31,262 nt of DNA from a virus (lineage: Duplodnaviria; Caudoviricetes). The first letter of the stretch is position 1. Every line of letters begins with the position of its first letter. Position numbers and translations under genes: made by a program. Below the pieces are notes generated by a model that did no database searches, had not been told where the DNA came from, and saw only the letters and a program-made list of their open reading frames with translations. The stretch covers positions 1 through 31,262 of IMG/VR virus record IMGVR_UViG_3300046779_000743; one strand, written 5' to 3'. Of this stretch, positions 1-8,307 are shown piece after piece.

Positions 1-45
1 GTAGTTTGTGTTAGCAAAATATTTCTTTTGAATTGGACGTCCCAT
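1..45 (-). CDS. 5' end of a late (probably virion-associated) protein, MGRPIQKKYFANTNY..., running off the left edge
   Basis: ATG at 45 preceded by AAGGAG (plus-strand ctcctt 52-57); frame open to the window edge; lies downstream of the capsid terminator and its own TAAATA motif. Not in the ORF track. Confidence 0.7.
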   Translation of the reverse strand, partial: MGRPIQKKYFANTNY

Positions 46-132
46 TGTTTTCTCCTTATGAATGACGTTCTAGGTCTACGCAGAGGGATTCTGCATAAGT
101 CTTGTTCAATGACAAGCTCAATTTAGACATAG

Positions 133-140
133 TATTTATC
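133..140 (-). promoter_or_regulatory. T4-like late promoter motif (GATAAATA)
   Basis: Plus-strand tatttatc just past the capsid terminator; resembles the gp55-dependent TATAAATA consensus. Confidence 0.6.
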
Positions 141-142
141 AG

Positions 143-172
143 AGAAAGAAAAAGGGCTCCGAAGAGCCCTTT
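143..172 (-). terminator. Rho-independent terminator of the capsid operon
   Basis: Minus strand AAAGGGCUC-UUCG-GAGCCCUUU followed by UUCUUUCU; C(UUCG)G tetraloop; 25 nt after the gp23 stop. Confidence 0.9.
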
Positions 173-197
173 GATCTTTGTAACTTTAAGTAACGGA

Positions 198-1367
198 TTA
201 CTTGAAAGAAACGTTCTGTACTGCAACCTTACCTAAGTAGTCAGCTGCGTTACCTAGAGAAGAAGCTGTGTTGCTTAACTCTACATAACCATAACGTGTC
301 ATGAAGCTAACGACTGGTTCGAATGTTGACGGATCAAGAACAACACCGCTGCTCATCAATGGAATGTATGGGCAGTAGAATGCTGCTGCGTCTGATTCGC
401 TTGCACCCTTGTAACCGATAAGAATATCAGTTGTATCTGTTGCATATGTGTTAACATAAACCTTCATAGCATTGTTCAATGTACCAACAAACTTAGTGTT
501 TGTAGGTGCTTCGAATGTGCCTTCTGTTGTACGTGCAAATGCACTTGTAGTTGCAGACTGAAGGATTGTTAGCGCGAATGGGCTAACAACGGCCCAGTTA
601 CCTGCACCACGACGTGTACGCTGAGCGATTAAGTTAGATACACGGTTGATTTGAACTGCTAGAGCAGCGTGTTCATCACCAACGAATGTAGCTGTACCGC
701 TAACTGCGTTTTGGTCGAAAGTTTCAACTGCAGAACCGGCTAAAGAAGCTAGGCTAGCTAGGATTTCTTGGTCGATTTCAGCTGTAATTTCTTGTGCTAG
801 AGCAGCCATAACTTCGGCTTCGATATCGATGCCTTGTTGAGCTTGTGCGTCTTGAGCAGCTTCAAAAGTCCAACGTGCGCTTAACTTACGAGTTTTTGCC
901 TCGACAGTTTGCTTGAGGATCTGAATGCTCATACGCTTACCAGCTTGTCCTTCTAGAGTTGCTGTAGAAGCTGCTTTAGCGGCTCCGCTTACTTCGTTAC
1001 CAGAGTAAGCTTCAGCGATCTTGAATGGGCTTAGTGCCTCTTCACCTGCTACAACACCAGCTCCAGAGCTGCTGTCAGCATAGCGAACACGTAAAGTATG
1101 AATCTGGCCAACTGGACCAGTCATAGGTTGAACACCAACTAATTCGTTAGCAATAACGGTTGGCATAACACGACGGATAACCGGTAGAATAACACGGTTT
1201 AATGTGGCAACGTTGCCGGCAGAAGTAGCACCTGCTGTTGGACTTTCAACTAGATACTTACGTGTGTTCTCTAGTGTTACGCCCATTACAGATCTTTTTG
1301 TGCCTTGTAGGCCTTCTAAAAGAGCTTCTTTAGTCTCTGCCCAACGGCCATTTAGTAGTTCTGACAT
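198..1367 (-). CDS. gp23: Major capsid protein (T4 gp23 family)
   Basis: Motifs RRVMPTVIANELVGVQPMTGPVGQI, KTRKLSARWTFEAAQD, AEIDQEIL, AFYCPYIPL, FMTRYG; AGGAG RBS; downstream of scaffold and protease. Confidence 0.96.
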   Translation of the reverse strand: MSELLNGRWAETKEALLEGLQGTKRSVMGVTLENTRKYLVESPTAGATSAGNVATLNRVILPVIRRVMPTVIANELVGVQPMTGPVGQIHTLRVRYADSSSGAGVVAGEEALSPFKIAEAYSGNEVSGAAKAASTATLEGQAGKRMSIQILKQTVEAKTRKLSARWTFEAAQDAQAQQGIDIEAEVMAALAQEITAEIDQEILASLASLAGSAVETFDQNAVSGTATFVGDEHAALAVQINRVSNLIAQRTRRGAGNWAVVSPFALTILQSATTSAFARTTEGTFEAPTNTKFVGTLNNAMKVYVNTYATDTTDILIGYKGASESDAAAFYCPYIPLMSSGVVLDPSTFEPVVSFMTRYGYVELSNTASSLGNAADYLGKVAVQNVSFK

Positions 1368-1383
1368 TTAATTTTCTCCTAAA

Positions 1384-2484
1384 TTATTTTAGTCCAGCAA
1401 GGCGACGAATGTCGATGATATTCGATTCATCCTCGCTGCTACGATTGCTGTTGGAAACTTTGTTTCCGGTAATTTCTTTTGCCTCTACAAGTGCCTGTTT
1501 CTTCTGCGGAGCTTTACCAGAATTTCCATTTAGGACGGCTGGTAGATACTTGTCAAAACTTTCATTAAGTTTTGCCGTTTTCACACTCTCCATTAATTCA
1601 CCCATGATCTCACGTTGCTCATTGTTAAGCGGAGCAAGTAGTTCACTCATGATTTCTTTACGTTCTTGCGCTTCTTTCAAAGCTGCAATCTCTGCGTTTT
1701 TGCTTTCTACTAAGGACTTTGCTTCGCTAATAGCTTTTTCAGCTTCGGCTACTGCAACCTTCTTCATGTCTATGACCTTGAGCAATTTAGCAGTTTCTGA
1801 TTTCTCAGAAAGGTAACTAGTCTGATACTCTGAAGCAAACGCTTCAAATAATTTACGTCCAAAATCATTGCGACGAGCTGCTTCGATGTCTTCTTTTAGT
1901 GATACTAATTCAGAACGTAGTCCTGATTCAACAACACTTTCGACTTTCTTAGCTGCACGCTCAATGAATTGTTGCTTAACTTTTTGTAGTTGGCTACGTC
2001 CTTCACGGACTAAGCGAACCTTAGTTTCAGCTAGATCTTGTTTGTCTTTATAGAATTCTGCAATTTCTTGAGCAAGAGCTTCTACAACAAATTGTTCTAA
2101 TGTAGCAAACTTATTAGCCATTACGACTTGGTCTTCGTGTAACTCTTTAACTTCAGCAGCTAGTTGACGTGTAACAAATTCCTTCATTACAGAACTATCA
2201 GCTTTCATTTTCTTAGCTAACTTAACTTTCATCTCAGCTAATTGTTTGCGGTCTTCGTTAAATTCAGCAACTTCAGCAGCTAGTTGATCACCGATCATAC
2301 GATCGACGGCTTCAATCATTGTCTGCTTGTCGTGTTCATAACGTTGAGCGAACTCTTCGCGTAGAGTTTGAGCAACTTGTTCACGGTTTTCAGCGATACG
2401 CTTTTCCCATGCTTGCTCAATAGACTCTTTGATCTCTGTAGAAATCACATTGTTCTCAAATAACGTTTTTAGTGCATCCAACAT
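1384..2484 (-). CDS. gp22: Prohead core/scaffold protein (gp22-like)
   Basis: E/K/A-rich coiled-coil protein with RKLFEAFASEY segment, located between protease and major capsid genes; AAGGAG RBS. Confidence 0.85.
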   Translation of the reverse strand: MLDALKTLFENNVISTEIKESIEQAWEKRIAENREQVAQTLREEFAQRYEHDKQTMIEAVDRMIGDQLAAEVAEFNEDRKQLAEMKVKLAKKMKADSSVMKEFVTRQLAAEVKELHEDQVVMANKFATLEQFVVEALAQEIAEFYKDKQDLAETKVRLVREGRSQLQKVKQQFIERAAKKVESVVESGLRSELVSLKEDIEAARRNDFGRKLFEAFASEYQTSYLSEKSETAKLLKVIDMKKVAVAEAEKAISEAKSLVESKNAEIAALKEAQERKEIMSELLAPLNNEQREIMGELMESVKTAKLNESFDKYLPAVLNGNSGKAPQKKQALVEAKEITGNKVSNSNRSSEDESNIIDIRRLAGLK

Positions 2485-2497
2485 GTGATTCTCCTTG

Positions 2498-3130
2498 TTA
2501 TTGGAGTTTGCTTATTATTCCTAATAAGCTCTCTTTGAGATATTTTTGTGCCTGTGGGTCACCCTTAACTTCTTGCGCTATGCGTAAGGCATTATAACCA
2601 CCACGACTATTCATCAGGTGTTCATAAATTGGTGTAGGATATGCTCCCGGGGCACTAGGTTGAGCTACCATATCTACTGTGATAATCTCAAAATCCGAAA
2701 CTTCACCGGAACCGTCATCTTTAACGTTTCCTGATCCGCGACTTGAAACACCTAACTTCACACCACTTTCTAACATAGTGCGAATTAGTTGTCCCATTGG
2801 CGTAGGTAAAATCTTTAACTTACCGTAACCATTAGGACCGTCCATCCACATATTTACAATCATGTGAGATACACGGTCCAGGTTAATTTTTAAATCGTCT
2901 GGATGATCTACTTCTCCGAGAACGCTATAGCCATTTTGAATCTGATCGTTAAGGGTTTTGACAGCCTTGTCAATCTCTTTCACAGGGTAAACACGCTGGT
3001 TAGCGTTACGAATACCGCCTTGGATACAAATCCCAGACATGTATAAGTTTTTACCCTCTTGTCCGTCAGACTCAACAATGATCTTAGCCTGATCAAAACT
3101 TAGGTTTTCTCGAAGATGTAAAGATGCCAT
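2498..3130 (-). CDS. gp21: Prohead maturation protease (T4 gp21 family)
   Basis: Motifs NANQRVYP, LGEVDHP, LDRVSH, TPMGQ, GVSSRGSG, DMVAQPSAPGAY. Confidence 0.95.
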   Translation of the reverse strand: MASLHLRENLSFDQAKIIVESDGQEGKNLYMSGICIQGGIRNANQRVYPVKEIDKAVKTLNDQIQNGYSVLGEVDHPDDLKINLDRVSHMIVNMWMDGPNGYGKLKILPTPMGQLIRTMLESGVKLGVSSRGSGNVKDDGSGEVSDFEIITVDMVAQPSAPGAYPTPIYEHLMNSRGGYNALRIAQEVKGDPQAQKYLKESLLGIISKLQ

Positions 3131-3132
3131 AA

Positions 3133-4023
3133 TTACTTACGTGATCCAACGATACTCTTCTTGTTGTCAGCGTGTTCGCCAGCGCCTTTCTTCTCTGCGC
3201 CGTGACCTTTGCTAACTGCTTTCAACTTAGTAGCACTCTTAGCACCCGGTACGTTTACATTACCGCCGTCTTGCTTAGATGTAGTTGGCTTTAGTAAGCC
3301 GCCTTGTGTACCACCGCTTGTTGTTGAAAAACCTTTTGCGATATTAGCAGTTGTTCCGCCCATATCGTTCTTACCAGCTACGATAGACTTTGTGTTAGTA
3401 CCATTGTCGCCATGCTTTGGAGGAGCAACTTTATCAACATATTCCATGAATTGTTGTAGTTCGTCTACTTCTTCTTCTCCGCCCATGTCGTCCATGCCAC
3501 CTAAGTCGCCGCCCATGTCGTCAGCGCCCATGTCACCCATATCGTCCATACCGCCCATGTCGTCTTCGCCTTCTTGAGACATTAATTCTTCAAATTCGGC
3601 TTTTAATTCTTCTAGTGCATCTTCTAGGTCAAGTACACGGTCTTGTAGATCGCCTTCACCTTCATCGCCGACTGCTTCGCCGTCGATATCAAATTCATCC
3701 TCGGCGCCTTCTTCGTCGTCAGCACCTTCTTCATCCTCAGCGCCTTCTTCATCTTCTGCGCCTTCTTCGTCGTCAGCAGCGTCGTCACCACCAAACGGAT
3801 TATCGGAACCTTCGTCGTCAGCAGCTTCGTCTACTGATTCTTCTTCCTCTTCTTCCTCTCCGGCTTTGTCGCTTTCTTCAAGGTCAAAGTCTTCTTTTAA
3901 TAATTCCTCGTAGATTTCACGGGACTTGCCCACTACGATGTTGTGAAAAATTTCTTTTGCTGTTTCTTGATCTTCATTGATCAACGCCTCTAGCATGGCT
4001 TCAAATTGAATACGGTCAGTCAT
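3133..4023 (-). CDS. Highly acidic low-complexity protein, probable prohead core/internal head protein
   Basis: D/E-rich centre with repeats and a K/G-rich C-terminus; sits between portal and protease, where T4 has core genes 67/68; AGGAG RBS. Confidence 0.6.
   Translation of the reverse strand: MTDRIQFEAMLEALINEDQETAKEIFHNIVVGKSREIYEELLKEDFDLEESDKAGEEEEEEESVDEAADDEGSDNPFGGDDAADDEEGAEDEEGAEDEEGADDEEGAEDEFDIDGEAVGDEGEGDLQDRVLDLEDALEELKAEFEELMSQEGEDDMGGMDDMGDMGADDMGGDLGGMDDMGGEEEVDELQQFMEYVDKVAPPKHGDNGTNTKSIVAGKNDMGGTTANIAKGFSTTSGGTQGGLLKPTTSKQDGGNVNVPGAKSATKLKAVSKGHGAEKKGAGEHADNKKSIVGSRK
3481..3564. repeat. Degenerate coding repeats (DDMG/DMGG)
   Basis: Repeated gcccatgtcgtc-type units encoding DDMGGMDDMGDMGADDMGGDLGGMDDMG. 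Confidence 0.75.
3694..3777. repeat. 18-bp tandem coding repeat, about 4.5 copies ([D/E]DEEGA)
   Basis: Units ggcgccttcttcgtcgtc / agcaccttcttcatcctc / agcgccttcttcatcttc / tgcgccttcttcgtcgtc at 3703-3774. Confidence 0.9.
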
Positions 4024-4061
4024 TGTTCATTCTCCTGTGATGGTTATACAAGGCTGTAATA

Positions 4062-4069
4062 TATTTACA
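4062..4069 (-). promoter_or_regulatory. Late promoter motif (TGTAAATA) for the core-protease-scaffold-capsid operon
   Basis: Plus-strand tatttaca, about 40 nt upstream of the 4023 ATG and just downstream of a terminator. Confidence 0.6.
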
Positions 4070-4099
4070 CTTAATATTAAAAACAGTGTTATAATGGCC

Positions 4100-4125
4100 A
4101 AAAAAACACCTCGTTTGAGGTATTT
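4100..4125 (-). terminator. Rho-independent terminator
   Basis: Minus strand AAAUACCUC-AAAC-GAGGUGUUU followed by UUUU; 16 nt after the stop at 4142. Confidence 0.7.
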
Positions 4126-4141
4126 CTTGTATTTTGTGTGA

Positions 4142-4381
4142 TTAGACGCCAGGTTGTGGTGGCGTGTAGTACATTGCGTGTATAAACTCTAATTCACCCT
4201 CTTGTTCTAAAATGTGTGCTTCACTCGATTTTCTTAATTCGTTAATCTGTTTTAAAGTTAAGCGAGTCTTGCGAGTGTCATTAGATGACACCATAGATTT
4301 GTCACGTGCAGGGTCATATCGCATATCATTTGATATGCGGCGAGTTTCTGCATCGATGTAAAACAGTTCTCTTAAGATCAT
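4142..4381 (-). CDS. Small hypothetical head-module protein (79 aa, MILRELFYID...)
   Basis: Track ORF 4142..4426; the ATG at 4381 avoids overlap with the portal gene and follows a TAAATA motif. Confidence 0.7.
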   Translation of the reverse strand: MILRELFYIDAETRRISNDMRYDPARDKSMVSSNDTRKTRLTLKQINELRKSSEAHILEQEGELEFIHAMYYTPPQPGV

Positions 4382-4385
4382 ATTA

Positions 4386-4393
4386 TATTTATG
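4386..4393 (-). promoter_or_regulatory. Late promoter motif (CATAAATA) overlapping the portal stop codon
   Basis: Plus-strand tatttatg; only 4 nt separate it from the next ATG. Confidence 0.5.
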
Positions 4394-6128
4394 CAGCAGG
4401 CGGTGTTGCTGGTCCTGGAGGTGCAACCGCAGGAGTAGCAGCTTGAGAAGACATATCAGCGTCCGGAGGAGTCATATCATCTGGTGCTGATAAATCACCA
4501 GCCATTCCTAAATCACCCATAATTCCAGCAGCAGATATGCCTGCGCCACGTAATTCGCCAGCAGCGTCAGTGAATGTAGGTTGTCCTTTACCACTTTCTT
4601 CTGCCCATAGACGTTCGTTTTCTGCAATTTCTTCTTCAGTTAAACCTAAGTAACGTTTCATTGCAAAGCGTTTTGATATGTAAGGAACTGCTTGAATAGT
4701 GTTAAATGTACCAATTCGTTCAGTATCCATAGTTGCTTGGCGTGCGCTAGCAAAGTTTAGTGGAGGATTAAACTTTAATTCAAACAGATTAGAGTCAATG
4801 TTTACACCACGTGAGTGCATATACATCTTAAACTCTTCGTCAAATGCTGCGGTAACAAGAGATTGCAATCTTTCGCAGTATTTGTTAAATCTTAATTCTT
4901 GAATATAAGCTGTTCCAACACGGCCGTCATTATATTGTGCTTGACTATCGTCTGCACCTGTCGGCAAGTAGCTACTAGGGATACGTAAACCGCGGAATAA
5001 CTTGTTAGTAAAGTACTTTAAATCGTCGATCTCACCAAGATTCGTTCCTCCTGGTAAAGTCTCAACCTTAGATCCTCTACCTTCTGCTGTTTGAGGGAAG
5101 AAGTAATCTTCGTTAATAGACAATGGATTATAAGCACTGTCAATAACATTTTGTCCGCCACCTGTTTGACTTGGTATTCTTCGTTGATGGATTTCATTTT
5201 TAACCCTTTCTACAAACGCCATAGCCATGTGTCCTGGCATATTACCAACGTCAATGTGGAATACACGACGCTCAGGCGCACGTTGTATACGATAAATCAA
5301 AATCGCATCTTCTAATAGTTCTTTTTGCTTGTATACTTTAAAGATGTTTTCAAGCAAACTATTACCAAAAGGATACATGTTGTCTAAGCCTTCGCTTAAA
5401 CTTAAATGCACAATATGCTCTGCATCAATAGCATGTTCAGATTCTGTTACACCAAATCGTGTTCCAGTACTGCTTGAAGGATAAGAACTACCTAATCCAG
5501 ATGATTTATTTTGTCCGTATGCTCCTGCGCCACTAGTTAAACCGCCGCCGGCATTACGAGGATTAATGTTAGGTGTAATCTGTGTTGCAACTAAATCCAT
5601 AAAATTAGGTGCAAGGTCTTTGATTACATATTGTTCAGGCTTCTTGCCTTCGCTTTCGTTAACAATAACTTTTGTAATTTTACTAGGATCAACATAATTC
5701 CACTTTTGTGTTTCTGGATCACGAATAAAATATGCATCACCGTACTTAAAAACATTACGCATAATGCGGAAAATACGTGTATCAAACTTTTGAAGCTTGC
5801 ACCATTGCTGTAGATATTCACTTAAAATACGGATTTCGCTATTTGTAGCTTTGTGTCTCCAATGAACTGTAAAAGGAGACTTTCCATCTTTTAATTTTTG
5901 AGTTGTAAATTCTGCTAAAATGTCTAATGCTGCATTTACTTCGGGATCACTGTCCATAATTTCGTATTGTTGATATCTCTCAATACGGTTTGGAGCACCT
6001 GCATAAACATCAGGAAGAAAACTAGAATAGTTCGAACGTGCAGGTCCAGGTCTACTAATAGATCCATTAACAGGGCCAAGTGTCCCGTCTGTAGTAGGTA
6101 CTGGTGTGAAATATTTCTTCCAAGTCAT
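4389..6128 (-). CDS. gp20: Portal vertex protein (T4 gp20 family)
   Basis: Motifs LLEDAILIYRIQRAPERRVFHIDVGNMP, EDYFFP, GRGSKVETLPGGTNLGEIDDLKYF, LRIPSSYL, ELRFNK. Confidence 0.96.
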   Translation of the reverse strand: MTWKKYFTPVPTTDGTLGPVNGSISRPGPARSNYSSFLPDVYAGAPNRIERYQQYEIMDSDPEVNAALDILAEFTTQKLKDGKSPFTVHWRHKATNSEIRILSEYLQQWCKLQKFDTRIFRIMRNVFKYGDAYFIRDPETQKWNYVDPSKITKVIVNESEGKKPEQYVIKDLAPNFMDLVATQITPNINPRNAGGGLTSGAGAYGQNKSSGLGSSYPSSSTGTRFGVTESEHAIDAEHIVHLSLSEGLDNMYPFGNSLLENIFKVYKQKELLEDAILIYRIQRAPERRVFHIDVGNMPGHMAMAFVERVKNEIHQRRIPSQTGGGQNVIDSAYNPLSINEDYFFPQTAEGRGSKVETLPGGTNLGEIDDLKYFTNKLFRGLRIPSSYLPTGADDSQAQYNDGRVGTAYIQELRFNKYCERLQSLVTAAFDEEFKMYMHSRGVNIDSNLFELKFNPPLNFASARQATMDTERIGTFNTIQAVPYISKRFAMKRYLGLTEEEIAENERLWAEESGKGQPTFTDAAGELRGAGISAAGIMGDLGMAGDLSAPDDMTPPDADMSSQAATPAVAPPGPATPPAA

Positions 6129-6140
6129 TGTGTTTTATCC

Positions 6141-8243
6141 TTAGGCAATCAGATTGCCGCTAGTCTTAAGAGCTCTAACGCTCTTATCTCCGCTATCTTC
6201 GACTGCCTGAATTAGTCGTTCTATACGTTTATTTAATTCATCTATGCCTTTAGACATGTTAGTCATGACTTCACCTGAATTCATTTCAGGCATAGATCCT
6301 TTATTCCCAGTAAATGACGAGGCTGCTTCTTGCAATTTTGGCATAGAGCCTTGCATTTGAGTAACAATACTACGCATACTGTCTTGTGTCGGCATTGCTG
6401 ATTTAACTTTTTCTAATTCAGACCTTAGAGAACTTTGTATTTCAGATATCATGCCCTTTGTTGGTGGCTCAATTGAAGGTGCATCTTTTGGCATCATGCC
6501 TTTTAATGCTCCAAACATGTTGCCAAAAGTAGATTCTATGTCAGGCATACCTTTTGATGCTGCACCTGATGCACTACTTACTAAATTTTTTAACTGTCCT
6601 TCATTAAGAACTGCTTCCTTACCATGCAGGTCGACAGTAGTTTCTTTGCCAAAATCGTGTAACAGTTCGTTAAACATACCCATTGTTCCGCCAAACATTT
6701 TAGGTTTGTTCTTTTCTTTGTCAGGAACTGTAACTTCTCTGTCAACACCTAACTTTTTTCCAATAGCATTTACTAACTGCTGTGGTACTTGGACCATTTC
6801 TTCAGAAGTCCACTTTCGTAAAACTTTATTAAGGTCAGTAAATCCGCCAATTGTAGAACCCAACTCTTTGTTAAGTTGGTTAACACCTACACCAATACCT
6901 GCAGAAACATCTTTAATTAATCGTTCAGATTGGTTAATGGTGGTCGACGGTAACGATGCTTCGCCTTCTGACCCAGGTTTGTTTTTAGCCGCCATCTCTC
7001 GATCATATTCGACTTTAGCCTGTTCAGTCTTTTGGTATTCAGCTAAACTAATTCCTTGGCGTTGTGCTTCTTCTTGTTGACGTTTTAAAATCTGTGCATA
7101 TCTAATTTGCTCTAGTTGAGACTGAGCCATTGCTTTAGTTTGTGCATCTCCGGCTTTGTAAAGTCGCATCTGTTCTTCAGCAAACGCCTTATCACCTTGC
7201 TTTCTAAGAACAATAGCATCCATTTCTTGACGGATCGCTTCTCTTTTATCTTTGTCTTCTTTACCTGTGCCTTTAACTTCACTTAATCTACGAGCAGCAT
7301 CTGCCATTTCTGGGCCAAGAGCGACAATCTTTTGTGTCTCATCGGCGTTCATTGGTCCGCCAGTTGAGTAAATCTTAATAGCATCTTGTACGCTGTCGCC
7401 GTACCGCTTAGTCATAGCTAGGTTATTTTGGTAAGCAGTACGTTCTTCATCCGACATAGCTAGCATCGCTAGTTCAGATTCTTTTGATTTTAATTGTCTT
7501 TCTAAACTTTCTTGTTGTTCTTGTCGACTAATACCAGTTATACGAGCAGTATTGTCCATTTCTCTAGCTAAATCAAGTGCAGACTGAATTAGTTTCTTAC
7601 TGCTGTCAACTCGAGTCATATCAGACTGCTTAGAGTTGTGTGCAACTAACGTTAAAATTTTACCAAATTCTTCAGTATTAGTGCCTGTTGCTTGTAACTG
7701 ATATACAAAATCTTGTTCTTGAAAACGCTTGCCTAATTTTAAGAATGCTAGAGAACTAACATCCATGTTAATACCAAGACCCGCTAGTGACCTACTATTC
7801 TGTTTAATAGTTTGTTCCCACTCAGGCATGCTCATACGAGCACCTAAAACAGCCTGGCTATATAAGCCTAAGTTGTTGCCAAAGTATGCACCCTGTTGAC
7901 TAGAAGATTTTAATGACTCGTTTAATACAATAGCACCTGCGCCGACTTGTTCTGCTAGTGATCCTACGGTTTTGCCAACTGGCCCTAACAATCCGCTAAC
8001 TTGGGAAAAGTTAGTAAGCGCATCAGCAGCTTTGTAAGTCCCAGTTGCAAGTTTTGTTGTTGCAGTTAGTGCATTACTAAATCCGCCTGCAAGAGAACTT
8101 AGTGTACTATTAAAATTTCCTGTACCGCCACCGCTGGAACTAGGCGCTGCGGCGGGCGCACTTTTACCAACTGCCGCAGATATTGAAGTAGCTTGCTCTC
8201 TAAGCAAGTCCCTCATTTGATCGTATGTAATAGATCCGTTCAT
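6141..8243 (-). CDS. Tape-measure-like protein
   Basis: 700 aa, A/G/Q/S-rich and predicted helical, with C-terminal DFGKETTVDLHGKEAVL segment; divergent from a tail/hub assembly chaperone-like gene. Confidence 0.65.
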   Translation of the reverse strand: MNGSITYDQMRDLLREQATSISAAVGKSAPAAAPSSSGGGTGNFNSTLSSLAGGFSNALTATTKLATGTYKAADALTNFSQVSGLLGPVGKTVGSLAEQVGAGAIVLNESLKSSSQQGAYFGNNLGLYSQAVLGARMSMPEWEQTIKQNSRSLAGLGINMDVSSLAFLKLGKRFQEQDFVYQLQATGTNTEEFGKILTLVAHNSKQSDMTRVDSSKKLIQSALDLAREMDNTARITGISRQEQQESLERQLKSKESELAMLAMSDEERTAYQNNLAMTKRYGDSVQDAIKIYSTGGPMNADETQKIVALGPEMADAARRLSEVKGTGKEDKDKREAIRQEMDAIVLRKQGDKAFAEEQMRLYKAGDAQTKAMAQSQLEQIRYAQILKRQQEEAQRQGISLAEYQKTEQAKVEYDREMAAKNKPGSEGEASLPSTTINQSERLIKDVSAGIGVGVNQLNKELGSTIGGFTDLNKVLRKWTSEEMVQVPQQLVNAIGKKLGVDREVTVPDKEKNKPKMFGGTMGMFNELLHDFGKETTVDLHGKEAVLNEGQLKNLVSSASGAASKGMPDIESTFGNMFGALKGMMPKDAPSIEPPTKGMISEIQSSLRSELEKVKSAMPTQDSMRSIVTQMQGSMPKLQEAASSFTGNKGSMPEMNSGEVMTNMSKGIDELNKRIERLIQAVEDSGDKSVRALKTSGNLIA

Positions 8244-8268
8244 TTAAAAATTCCAAGAAATATGCGTA

Positions 8269-8276
8269 TATAAATA
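8269..8276 (+). promoter_or_regulatory. T4 late promoter, exact TATAAATA
   Basis: Perfect consensus 31 nt upstream of the ATG at 8308. Confidence 0.8.
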
Positions 8277-8288
8277 CAGGATATATTA

Positions 8289-8296
8289 TATTTATG
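8289..8296 (-). promoter_or_regulatory. Late promoter motif (CATAAATA) for the tape-measure-like and portal genes
   Basis: Plus-strand tatttatg in the 64-nt divergent intergenic region. Confidence 0.65.
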
Positions 8297-8307
8297 CGGA
8301 GCTAAAA

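Noticed and set aside
56-130. 24-codon ORF MSKLSLSLNKTYAESLCVDLERHS
   Set aside because: ATG is only 2 nt from the promoter motif and probably upstream of the start site; no RBS; the sequence is explained by the leader structure.
3694-3777. Possible CRISPR-like or non-coding repeat array
   Set aside because: Units are contiguous, a multiple of 3 nt, vary mainly at third codon positions and have no spacers: a coding repeat.
1409-7080. Antisense or alternate-frame ORFs (1409..1816, 1868..2053, 3209..3577, 3615..3980, 4699..4902, 5091..5315, 5624..5821, 5631..5813, 5967..6215, 6451..7080)
   Set aside because: They overlap well-supported genes, are typical shadow ORFs arising from codon bias, and show no recognisable motifs.
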